A stretch of DNA of 64,000 nucleotides from Desulfosarcinaceae bacterium (lineage in GTDB: Bacteria > Desulfobacterota > Desulfobacteria > Desulfobacterales > Desulfosarcinaceae): the NCBI GenBank assembly GCA_030066015.1, contig JASJCL010000014.1:6674-70673 (forward strand), in the 5' to 3' direction. The first letter of the stretch is position 1, and every line of letters begins with the position of its first letter. Position numbers and translations under genes: made by a program. Below the pieces are notes generated by a model. That model did not search any database, was not told the origin of the DNA, and saw only the letters and a list, made by a program, of their open reading frames with translations. Positions 11,023 through 19,968 of this stretch are shown piece after piece.

Positions 11023-12024
11023 TCAGCTATCCCAATCGTAGTTTTCCGGTCCCCAATCAACCGTTTCGTCACCATCCAGATCCGCTTCCACTTGGTATTG
11101 GGCATTGGAGATGACGGTCAACCAGATGGTGGCATCGGCGGCGCCCGCGAGACGCAGCCCCCCTTCCCCGGGATAGTCGTCATCGGCCGCGATGCGGAAG
11201 GGAACATCGGTCTGAATCTCCACATAGCCGTGCACCGGGTGATACACGCGGCCGGAGAAGGTGATCGTTTCGAAAGCGGCGCCGTCGGCGACGCCTTCGG
11301 CGACCCCGAGCGTGAGATTGTTGAGCCATAGGGCCTCGCCGGAACCGGCGTCCGTGAAGAGCAGATCCATGGTAAGCGTGGCCTCTCCGGGCGCGGCGCC
11401 CACCTGAATCGTCAGTTCGCCGGTGAGCCGAAAGCGGTCGCCATCGGCCGAGCCGCTCAGATTCTTGAAGCTGAACGCGAAGGAGACCAATTCATCGGTT
11501 TCCGGATCCACCTCTCCCTGGTAGCTGGCCACGCCTTGAAGCGCAGTGCCCTCGTCGCAGTACTCCCTGAACGCCAAAGACCCGCTGAAGAGCCCGGTTT
11601 CATCATCGATCTGGATATCGACGTCGGCCTCACCGCCGCAATTGCCGGTGATGGTGTAGCTGCCGACCGTCAGTGCACGGACCGGGGCGGCCGCATCGGG
11701 CTCAGCCATCTGGGTCTGCTGCACCGCGGCGGTCAACAAGTCAGCGACCGAAAGGAGGACGGGGCGTCCACTGGGTGACCCGATGGCCGGCAGGGTGCCG
11801 CCGTTGAGGCTGGCAAAGCTGGTGAAGGGGCCTTCCAGGGCGGCGCTGTCATAGGCGGCCACCGCCAACACCTGGGCATTTTCGGCCGTGACGGTGGCCG
11901 GCTCGCGATTGCCCTCATAGCCGAGGCCGCCATCGCCCCCGCTGCCACAGCCCAGCAGCGCCAAAAACAGCAGCCAACCCGCGCCAGCTATAACCGCCCA
12001 CTCTCTGCTACCGCTTCTGAACAT
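11023..12024 (-). CDS. Lipoprotein of unknown function (paralog A)
   Basis: Signal peptide with lipobox LLGC followed by a Gly-rich linker. About 330 aa, colinear with the gene at 12358..13350. Acidic C-terminus DLDGDETVDWGPENYDWDS. Confidence 0.7.
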   Translation of the reverse strand: MFRSGSREWAVIAGAGWLLFLALLGCGSGGDGGLGYEGNREPATVTAENAQVLAVAAYDSAALEGPFTSFASLNGGTLPAIGSPSGRPVLLSVADLLTAAVQQTQMAEPDAAAPVRALTVGSYTITGNCGGEADVDIQIDDETGLFSGSLAFREYCDEGTALQGVASYQGEVDPETDELVSFAFSFKNLSGSADGDRFRLTGELTIQVGAAPGEATLTMDLLFTDAGSGEALWLNNLTLGVAEGVADGAAFETITFSGRVYHPVHGYVEIQTDVPFRIAADDDYPGEGGLRLAGAADATIWLTVISNAQYQVEADLDGDETVDWGPENYDWDS

Positions 12025-12293
12025 AGGGACCTCTCCGGGATTCGGATGGATTGCAGCAGGGCCCGTAACGGGAGGAATGGCACCCCATGCCCTGTGCCGG
12101 ACATCTTCTCATGCCACGATTCGGGGTGGCGTGCAAGCTGCTCTCAGGCGCCTATTCGGCGGCAGGCAACCGGTCGCAGTACCCACCGACCCAGGCGTCT
12201 GGGCACCCGTCGAGGGCAAGCGCCGTCTCCGGCAGACATCCTGCCCCGCCGTGGTGCACTCCGGTGCTGGTGCCCTGCAGCGGGGCAGCCCAT

Positions 12294-12318
12294 AAAAAAA
12301 GGGAGCCTTGCGGCTCCC
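12294..12318 (-). terminator. Rho-independent terminator of lipoprotein paralog B
   Basis: Minus strand reads GGGAGCC-GCAA-GGCTCCC followed by TTTTTTT. Confidence 0.7.
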
Positions 12319-12357
12319 TCGCATGCGTCTCGGCGCGCAAAATGCGCGATATAACCG

Positions 12358-13350
12358 CTACTCTTCCCAGTTGAAGACCTCTGGTCCGTAGTCATCGAAC
12401 TCGCCGTCGCCATCGGTGTCCGCCTCCAGCTGGTACTGGGTGTTGGACAGCACCGTCATGCGGATTTTGGCGTTGTCGGCGCCGGTGAGCACCATGACCC
12501 CCTGAGAGGGATAGTCGTCGCCGCTTTCGGTTCGGAAGGGGGTCGTGGTCGCGATGTCGACGTAGCCGTGCTCCGGATGATAGACCCGTCCGGAGATGGA
12601 AACCTCTTCATAGCCGAAGTTCTCTGTCACGCGGATCGTGAAGTCATCCAGCCAAAAGGTCTCACCCGCCCCCAGATCCTCGAAGAGCAGATCCAGCGTC
12701 AATACGGAAGGATTGCTCAGGACGGAGATGCTGAGCTGGCCATTGAGGCGAAAGCTCTCGCCGTCGCTGGTGCCGCTCAGGTTGCTGAGGGTGAAGGTGA
12801 AGGACTCCAGCTCCTCCGTCTCCGGATCGACGCTGCCGCTGAAGGAGGCCAACCCGCTGAGCGTGGTGTCGTCCTCACAGAAGCTGGTGAAGCTGAACGA
12901 TCCCGAAAAGGTACCAGTGGTGTCGTCCGCCTGGATGGTGAACGAGGCGCTGCCGCCGCAGGAGCCGCTGATCGTATCCTCGATGGTCACCGCTGCACGA
13001 ACGGCGGCACTGGCAGTGGCTTCCGCCGGGTCGGCCTTGAACAATGCCGTCTGAAGCGCATCCGACACGGCCAACATGATGGGCCGGCCCTGGGTGGCGA
13101 CCTCGGAAGAGGTCCCCGTGGAGAGGCTGGCCAGCTCCCCGAACGGGCCCTCGAGAGCGCTGCTGTCATAGGCGGATACGGCAATTTCCTGGGCGTTGCC
13201 GCTCGTCACGACCGCGGCATCGGAGTTGCCCGCATAGTCGCTGTTGCCGCCGCCTCCGCCGCCACTGCTGCCGCCGCAAGCGGCCAGCAATAGCGAAAGC
13301 ATAAGGATGATGGACAGCAATACCCCAGGTTGCGTGTAACGGTTTTTCAT
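12358..13350 (-). CDS. Lipoprotein of unknown function (paralog B)
   Basis: Start at ATG 13350 (MKNRYTQPGVLLSIILMLSLLLAACGG..., lipobox LAAC, GGAGGA RBS). The 13506 start adds non-protein-like sequence. Acidic C-terminus DTDGDGEFDDYGPEVFNWEE. Confidence 0.7.
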   Translation of the reverse strand: MKNRYTQPGVLLSIILMLSLLLAACGGSSGGGGGGNSDYAGNSDAAVVTSGNAQEIAVSAYDSSALEGPFGELASLSTGTSSEVATQGRPIMLAVSDALQTALFKADPAEATASAAVRAAVTIEDTISGSCGGSASFTIQADDTTGTFSGSFSFTSFCEDDTTLSGLASFSGSVDPETEELESFTFTLSNLSGTSDGESFRLNGQLSISVLSNPSVLTLDLLFEDLGAGETFWLDDFTIRVTENFGYEEVSISGRVYHPEHGYVDIATTTPFRTESGDDYPSQGVMVLTGADNAKIRMTVLSNTQYQLEADTDGDGEFDDYGPEVFNWEE

Positions 13351-13593
13351 TTGTTTGTCCTCCAGATGATGACGGTTGGGGGGGTAGGGGTGGGTGGCGC
13401 CGCAAGTCCAGAGGATCCGGCACCGGACACTTGTGCGGGACTCAAAATGACAGAGATGGCATCCGCATTCAAGTCCTCTAGCCAGTATCGGCTCTGGCGG
13501 CCGCATACTTTAAGCCATGGCGGAAATTCAGCGGCCGCCGCGGCCGCTGCCGTTCATCGCCGATGATCGAGCACGGTCGGATACAGGCGCCGG

Positions 13594-14349
13594 TCACCGC
13601 CAAAGCCGTCCGATGGGGCCATCGGGCGAATAGTGGTATTGCATCTGCGCCTGGAACAATTCAGCGGTGGCCAAGGCGTCGGTCAGTGCATGGTGGGCCC
13701 GGTAGCGGGGCAGATGGTAGCGCCTTCGGCAGGCATCCAGACGCAGGGAGGGGGTTTCCTCCGCCTGCAGACCCAGCCATTGCATCAGCGGGCGAAGACG
13801 GGCTTTGGGATGTGCCCGCCACTCCAATAGCATGGTGTCGATGACGGGGAATTCAAAGGTGTCACCGGTCAGTTCCTTCACGGCGGCCGCAAGAAAAGCG
13901 CGCTCGATCTCGTGGCAGTGGACGACCGTGACCCGACCGGCCATGGCGTCGAGCAGGTCACCGAGGCGCTCGCCAAAGGCGGGCGCCGACGCCAGATCGC
14001 TGTGGGTGATGCCGTGGAAGGGGATCGACGTCTCGGTGAGGGGCGTATGCGGTCTGACCAGCCAGTGGCGGGCCCCCCTGCAGTGAATGCGGTGTAGGGT
14101 TAAGGGGATCAGGCCGATGCTGACGATACTGTCCCGCTCGGCATCCAGTCCCGTCGTTTCCAAGTCCAGGGCGATGAGCGGCACCCTTTCGATGGGCGTC
14201 TCGGCCGTCACCGGCAACTGGCGGTAGTAGGCCCGCAAGCGGCTGTCCCGGCACCCCGACGCCAGCGCTGCGAAGCGCGCCCGCCACGCCATGGCGCCGT
14301 TAGCGGCCGGGCCGCCCTCGCCGCTATGTCGTCGCCGAATCCATTGCAT
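13594..14349 (-). CDS. DEDD-type 3'-5' exonuclease (DnaQ/epsilon-like)
   Basis: Exo I motif IALDLETTGLD, then HCHEIERAF and HHALTDALATAELF (DEDDh His). 8 nt downstream of the DUF294 gene. Confidence 0.75.
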   Translation of the reverse strand: MQWIRRRHSGEGGPAANGAMAWRARFAALASGCRDSRLRAYYRQLPVTAETPIERVPLIALDLETTGLDAERDSIVSIGLIPLTLHRIHCRGARHWLVRPHTPLTETSIPFHGITHSDLASAPAFGERLGDLLDAMAGRVTVVHCHEIERAFLAAAVKELTGDTFEFPVIDTMLLEWRAHPKARLRPLMQWLGLQAEETPSLRLDACRRRYHLPRYRAHHALTDALATAELFQAQMQYHYSPDGPIGRLWR

Positions 14350-14357
14350 CTGATGCC

Positions 14358-16253
14358 CTACCCTTTCTGGATCGGCGCGAATCCATTGGAGGCCGTGTAG
14401 CGGTAGCGTAAAAAGGATTGGGCTTCCTCCACGATCTGAAAGGCGTTGCGCAGATGCCGGCGTTCAAAGGCGGAGAGCCGTTTGGGCGGCACCTGGTTGT
14501 CGGCCGGATGGCCCGCTTCCAGCTGGTGGGCCTGATGACGGATGCGCACCATGGCGATGAATTCCAGGGCGTCGAGGAGGTTGGGCGCCACGCCATCGGG
14601 AAGCAGATCGGTGGCCTGGATCTCGTCCAGGCGCTCACGGGTATTGAGTGCCGGTGATCCGCAGGCCAGGGCATGTACCCGCACCAGGTCGCTGATGGGT
14701 GCCGTACCGCGCTCCTTGAGATCGAAGGTATCCACCTGCTGGCCGTCGCGCTCCAGCACGAACTGCCGGAAAAAACTGAGGGGCGGATTGCGCAGGAGGG
14801 CGTTGCGGGCCATGTGGGCCAGAAATGATCGGTTGCGGGGCGCCTCCCGGCGAATCAGGTCCTGCAGATTTTCTCCGAGGGCCAGCGCGCCGTGGATGCC
14901 CTCGAGGTCGAAAAAGATCGAACAATGCAGAAGGGCCTCGGGCTCGGGTGCCGCCATCCAGTCCTGGAAGGCGCGCCGCCAGACCGCCAAGGGCTGGCGC
15001 CAGCGCGCGGTGGTCCCCATGATGCCACCACTGCAGTAAGGATAGCCGCAGGCGGCGAGGCCGTCGCTGACGAAGGCCGCCAGCCGCTCGAAATAGGCGT
15101 CGTGGGTGGCGGGGTCAAACCCGTCGTCGAGCACGATTGCGTTGTCCTGGTCGCTAACCACCATCTGCTCACGGCGGGCCATGGAACCCAGGGAGAGATA
15201 GCAGTAAGGCACCGGCGGGGGACCCAGGTGGGCCTCACCGAGTTGGAGCAGTCGCTGGGAGAGGCTCGTGCCGATAAATGCGAGGGTGCTGCCGATCATG
15301 TGGCTGCTGGCGTCCTCATTGACCATCTGGACAAAGAGCTGCCGGCGCTGATCACCGATGGTCGCCAGACCGGCCACATCCGACTGCCGGAAGATATCGC
15401 CGATCAGGTAGACACTGCCGTGGGCCGCGTACCGGACGATATCGGCCACGGTAATCATGCCCACCGGGCGTGTCTGCCGCAGCACGGGAAGATGATGAAG
15501 ATTGTGGCGCATCATGATCAGCATCGCCTCGAACAGGTGGGCCTCCTCCCGGCAGGTGATGATATCGGTGGACATGATCTCCTTCACCGGCGTGGTCAGG
15601 GAAAGGCCGCGGGCGATGGCCCGTTTTCTCAGGTCACGGTCGGTGACCAGGCCGGCGATCCGACCGGAGCCGCCGCGGCCGTCCGCCAGGAGCACCAGGG
15701 AGGAGACCCCTTCGGCCGTCATGATCCGGGCCGCCTCCTCGATGGTGATCCGCGGCGCAGCGGTGACCAGCTCGCGGCGCAGGAGGCTGCGCACGGTGCT
15801 GGCCAAGAGGGGGGCAAAGCGCTCCGTCTCGGGACGGGTCACGGCGCTGTGCAGCCGTCCGGCGTGGTCCTCCTCCATGTAGTCGGCGAAGTCGTCATGG
15901 GCCTGGCACAGCTGATGAAATTGGCGCTGGGGAATGAGATAGAGAAGGGTGTCTTCGATGGCCTTGACCGGATACCGCACGCCCCGGCCGCGCAGCAGGG
16001 CGAACTGACCGAAACAATGCCCCGCACCCATGCGATTGTAAAGGTCGCCGTTGCTGCGGCGCACCTCTACGGCGCCGCTGCGGATGACGTACAAATGGTC
16101 AATCTGTGCAGCGTGGGCCAACACGGGTGTATCGGCACGGACGTAGGTCACCGCCACATGGGCGGCCAGCGTAGCGAGGGTCTTGTGCGGGAGGCGGTTG
16201 AACGGCCGATAGCGTGCCAGAAAATCGCGGATCTCCAACACCTCAGTGTCCAT
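14358..16253 (-). CDS. cNMP-binding / CBS-pair / DUF294 putative nucleotidyltransferase signalling protein
   Basis: Start at ATG 16253 (MDTEVLEIRDFL...; GGGAGGTG RBS). Domain order: N-terminal cyclic-nucleotide-binding fold (FGQFALLRGRGVRYPVKA), two CBS motifs, then the DUF294 NTase core (SLGSMARREQMVVSDQDNAIV) and its C-terminal substrate-binding-type domain. Confidence 0.8.
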   Translation of the reverse strand: MDTEVLEIRDFLARYRPFNRLPHKTLATLAAHVAVTYVRADTPVLAHAAQIDHLYVIRSGAVEVRRSNGDLYNRMGAGHCFGQFALLRGRGVRYPVKAIEDTLLYLIPQRQFHQLCQAHDDFADYMEEDHAGRLHSAVTRPETERFAPLLASTVRSLLRRELVTAAPRITIEEAARIMTAEGVSSLVLLADGRGGSGRIAGLVTDRDLRKRAIARGLSLTTPVKEIMSTDIITCREEAHLFEAMLIMMRHNLHHLPVLRQTRPVGMITVADIVRYAAHGSVYLIGDIFRQSDVAGLATIGDQRRQLFVQMVNEDASSHMIGSTLAFIGTSLSQRLLQLGEAHLGPPPVPYCYLSLGSMARREQMVVSDQDNAIVLDDGFDPATHDAYFERLAAFVSDGLAACGYPYCSGGIMGTTARWRQPLAVWRRAFQDWMAAPEPEALLHCSIFFDLEGIHGALALGENLQDLIRREAPRNRSFLAHMARNALLRNPPLSFFRQFVLERDGQQVDTFDLKERGTAPISDLVRVHALACGSPALNTRERLDEIQATDLLPDGVAPNLLDALEFIAMVRIRHQAHQLEAGHPADNQVPPKRLSAFERRHLRNAFQIVEEAQSFLRYRYTASNGFAPIQKG

Positions 16254-16360
16254 CGTGGCCACCTCCCTTTGGGCCGACGGCAGCGCCGAGTCGCTGTCGC
16301 TCCGGCTGCTGTGGCGGGATTGGCGACTGCGCCGCCACCGAAACCCACCGGGGTCCGAGC

Positions 16361-17338
16361 CTAATAATACACCAAAGCCGCCAGCAGCAGTAGGGCCCGC
16401 GCCGTCATGCTGAGGCCCGTCGTCAGTGCGCAGATAACGGCCCCCGGCTTGGCACCATAGATGGCGATATAGCGGGGCAGGGTGCGCCGCAGACGGCTCA
16501 CCGGGATCATCACCAGGCCGCCGGCCAGCAGGGCCACGATGGCCTGACCCGGGGTCACCTGCTGAGCCGCCAGGATATTGCCCATATAGGTTATCCCCAC
16601 CGTCGGGCTGAAAACATAGGCACTGATGGGGCCAATCACCGCCGCCGGCAGATGAAGCAGGTCGGTCATGGGTCCGATCAAGCGCTCGAAGGCCCGCATC
16701 AGCCCAAGTTCGATCAGCAGCTGGATCACCAGGGTGACGCCGGTCAACAACGATATCATGCGAAGGTACATCCCCCGACGGGCATCCCAGGTGTCCTGCA
16801 GCACCTGGCGCCAGCTCCGGGGCGTACACTCCTTCTCTGCCGGATCGCAGGTCACATCGTCGAAGGCATCCCGACCGCTCCTGGGGATCGGCAGGCACCA
16901 CCGGCCCCAGCCCACCACGAAGAGAAGCTTCAGCACCCCGGTCAGCCAGAAGGCCGTAATGTAGATCAGACAAAGCTCCCAGCCCAAAAGCGGTAAAACC
17001 ACCGGCAACTGAAAGGTGAGCGTCTCCTTGAAATGAAACGGCACCGTGTTGAGGACACCGGTCAGATGCACCTCGGCCATCGTCAGGCGGTTGTCCCGCT
17101 GAAAACGGGCCGTCATGGTATGGGCTGCCACCATGGAACCGATGGCGGTGAGAAAACTCAAGGCGCTCTCCGAGGGGAGGTGGGCCAGCCGGGCGACCGG
17201 CTTGCCCAAGGGCCGCAGATGGCGCATCAGTCCCAGTTGCATGAGCAATTCCACGCCGAACAGGCTCAGGAACATGATGGTTCCCAGGCGCAGCGCCAGC
17301 CGCAGGGTCGTCTCAAGCGCCGACAATAAAGGATCCAT
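16361..17338 (-). CDS. Polytopic membrane protein, nucleoside-recognition (Gate) domain-like
   Basis: Start at ATG 17338 (MDPLLSALE...). Two internally similar hydrophobic halves (LxELGLMR motif twice) resemble nucleoside-recognition/FeoB-gate domain proteins. Confidence 0.6.
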   Translation of the reverse strand: MDPLLSALETTLRLALRLGTIMFLSLFGVELLMQLGLMRHLRPLGKPVARLAHLPSESALSFLTAIGSMVAAHTMTARFQRDNRLTMAEVHLTGVLNTVPFHFKETLTFQLPVVLPLLGWELCLIYITAFWLTGVLKLLFVVGWGRWCLPIPRSGRDAFDDVTCDPAEKECTPRSWRQVLQDTWDARRGMYLRMISLLTGVTLVIQLLIELGLMRAFERLIGPMTDLLHLPAAVIGPISAYVFSPTVGITYMGNILAAQQVTPGQAIVALLAGGLVMIPVSRLRRTLPRYIAIYGAKPGAVICALTTGLSMTARALLLLAALVYY

Positions 17339-17389
17339 CTTCGGTCCAGTCGCTGATGGCCGCGATCCTCGCCACACCCGCACGCGGTG

Positions 17390-18631
17390 TTAGGCGGATC
17401 GGTGATGGGAGATGGCGGCCCGGTAAATCGGTTCGATGCGCGCGAATACGCGCGGCCAGGTGAAACGGCTCAGTCGGTCGGCGATCTGAGGGGTTACCAC
17501 AGGGTGGCCGCCTCGGGCGGCCTCGATCTGCTCAGCCAGTGCTGAGCCGAGGTTTGTGACAAACCGGGCGCTGTCATCCGGGTGTGGCTGATCGATGGCC
17601 TCCAGACGCGGCAGGTCCACCAGGCTGACGGCGTCGCTGTCCAGGTTGCCCACCAGCTCGTTGACGCCGGGCAACCGCGTGGAAACCACCCGGCAACCGC
17701 TTGCCAGGGCTTCCAGCAACACCAGGGGCATGCCTTCAAAAAAGGAGGGCAGCACAAAGAGATGGGCCTGCCCCATGAGGTCGGCCAGTTCATTTTGCGG
17801 CAGCGCCCCGTGTATCGTCACCCGGTCGCCGATCGCCTCGGCCAGCCGCAGACACTCCGCTTTCTCCGGACCGCTGCCGCCCCCCACCAAATCCAGGTGC
17901 CAGTCGGTAATTGCGATGGCCGACAGAGCGCGCAGCAGCCAGGGGATCCCCTTGGCGCGGCTCAGTTTACCCGCGTAGAGCAGGCGCACCGGCTCGGGGG
18001 TTGCTTTCGCCACGGGGAAAAAGCGCCGATCGTTGTAGCCGGCGCCGACCACATGGATCTTTGCCGGTTCTATGCCGTACAGCGCGGCAATTTCGCCTTT
18101 CTGCGACGTGCTGAGGGCCAGGACAGCATCCAAGGTGCGGCAGCGCCCGACCCGTTCCCGCAAATGGGAACAATTCCGGAACTGCCGCAGGTCGGAGCCG
18201 TGACAATTGGTCACGACGGGAATCTGAGGGAAACAGCGCCGGGCCAAGGCCGTCACCAGCCAGAGATGATGACTATGGATAAGATCGGGCTGGAAGCTGT
18301 CGATGGCCAATTGAAGCTGGCGGGAAAAGGCCGCCTCATAGCGCGCAACGGCTGCCGGCGTGAGGTCGCCAAAGCGGCGGCTCTCGTAAGGCATCACATC
18401 ACTCATACCGACGATCTGCTCGGGAAAGTCGGTGCTGCCAAAGCGCACGAAGTGGCAGTCGGGGGCGGCGACGCCCGAGGGGGTCACCGGCCGGTCGTTC
18501 TGAATGCCGGCCACCATGGCGTTGGTATGTCCCCGCTCGGCGGCGGCGGTCAGCATGGCTTGAAGGTAGATGCCGCTACCGGTGGAATCGGGGCGTTGGC
18601 TGAGCAGATGGAGTATGCGAAGTGGGCGCAT
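17390..18631 (-). CDS. Glycosyltransferase family 4 (GT-B, GT1/GT4 type)
   Basis: Start at ATG 18631 (MRPLRILHLLSQ...). C-terminal EX7E-type motif FFEGMPLVLLEALASGCRVV. Confidence 0.8.
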   Translation of the reverse strand: MRPLRILHLLSQRPDSTGSGIYLQAMLTAAAERGHTNAMVAGIQNDRPVTPSGVAAPDCHFVRFGSTDFPEQIVGMSDVMPYESRRFGDLTPAAVARYEAAFSRQLQLAIDSFQPDLIHSHHLWLVTALARRCFPQIPVVTNCHGSDLRQFRNCSHLRERVGRCRTLDAVLALSTSQKGEIAALYGIEPAKIHVVGAGYNDRRFFPVAKATPEPVRLLYAGKLSRAKGIPWLLRALSAIAITDWHLDLVGGGSGPEKAECLRLAEAIGDRVTIHGALPQNELADLMGQAHLFVLPSFFEGMPLVLLEALASGCRVVSTRLPGVNELVGNLDSDAVSLVDLPRLEAIDQPHPDDSARFVTNLGSALAEQIEAARGGHPVVTPQIADRLSRFTWPRVFARIEPIYRAAISHHRSA

Positions 18632-19212
18632 GGCGAGGGTCTCCCAGGCGGACGCGATGACAAGAGGGCGCATAAAAATGGTGACCGTAGCAGGGTCCCG
18701 GCAGGAACACAACGAAAGGTGGCTGAAGGTGCCGTTTCTGCCGACGGCGGCGGGCGGCCCGAGGGGTTGCGCGGAGTGGGTGCGTCTGTTCGGCCGCGGG
18801 TCGGTCAAACCCGCTGTGAATCGGTCGACCTTTTCAACTATACACGTTACAGGTTTTATACTACCCTGGATGCAGCGGCCGGTATCCTAGCAGAAGGTCG
18901 ACCGCACCGACGACACCTCCGCGCCCATCCCGCATCCCTTACCCAACGCCGCCAGCGACTATACTTCCCGCGCTCTCTGTGACCCGGTGACCGACCCTCG
19001 CCGCAGTCCCAAAGCCAGCGATTCGCGTCTCGTTGCATAGATCGTCAGCCCCCTGCGGGCGGCGGCGCCCATCGATCTGGGTATCGGCTGGCTCTCTGCA
19101 CGGGAATGGCCGTGGGGGCCGCTCCAAGCGGCTCGAAACGATGTCCAAACGCTTGTGGACCGGGGCGCCATCGGGGCGTCCGCCGGCGCAGGCATTCACA
19201 GGAGGGAGCGCC

Positions 19213-19665
19213 ATGAGAAGAACGGCTGAGGGTTGGGAGATCCGCATCACCGAGATGGATCTGTTCACCGGTCTGGACCTGACGGTTATGGGAGAGATTG
19301 CCGACAAGGCTTGCCAGGAGGCCACCTTCGACGAAGGGTCGGTGATATTCAACCAGGGGGATGCGGCCACGGACCTGTATGTCCTTGAAGAGGGGGTGGT
19401 CCTTCTCACCGTCGGGAAGGCACGCACGGTTTACAGCCTTTCGGACCGCAGCGATATTTTCGGATGGTCGAGCCTCATCGAGCACGCCACCTATACCGCC
19501 ACAGCCGTGGCCAACACCAATGTTCAGGCCATCCGGATCGACAGCCGGAAGATGAACCGCCTCTTCGACAGCCATTCGAAATTCGGCCTCACCGTATACC
19601 GCCGTCTGGCGGCGGTCTTCAACAAGCGCTTGGCCAGCATCTACGCCCGTTACCTGAGTTTGTAG
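19213..19665 (+). CDS. Stand-alone cyclic-nucleotide-binding domain protein
   Basis: ATG 19213 behind a GGAGGGAG RBS. 150 aa with cNMP-binding beta-barrel features (GDAATDLYVLEEGVV...IFGWSSL). Confidence 0.7.
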   Translation: MRRTAEGWEIRITEMDLFTGLDLTVMGEIADKACQEATFDEGSVIFNQGDAATDLYVLEEGVVLLTVGKARTVYSLSDRSDIFGWSSLIEHATYTATAVANTNVQAIRIDSRKMNRLFDSHSKFGLTVYRRLAAVFNKRLASIYARYLSL

Positions 19666-19968
19666 TTCGCATGTCGGCGCACCGCGGCATGGCGGCATCG
19701 CCGCCTGGGACGTCATGGACGGCGATCCCATCGCTCTCCACAGGCCGCGCCAGCCCCTATGCTGCGGAGAAGCGCCGGTGGCCGGCGGCTTAACTTTATA
19801 GGCCAAGCGCCGATACCGTTGTGGACGGCGGCTCATCCCGCCACTTCCATCATCAGTAACCGAGCATGAATCAGAGACATCCGCAACCGGCAATGGGCCG
19901 CTGGCTGGCGGCCGCAGCAGCGCGGGTGTCCATTGACGTTGGCCTGCGTATGAAGGAGATCGGGAAGG

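Noticed and set aside
16254-16973. N-terminal 240-codon extension of the DUF294 ORF
   Set aside because: The extension overlaps the membrane-protein gene and is Gly/Arg/Pro-rich. A strong RBS and the conserved cNMP-domain start at ATG 16253.
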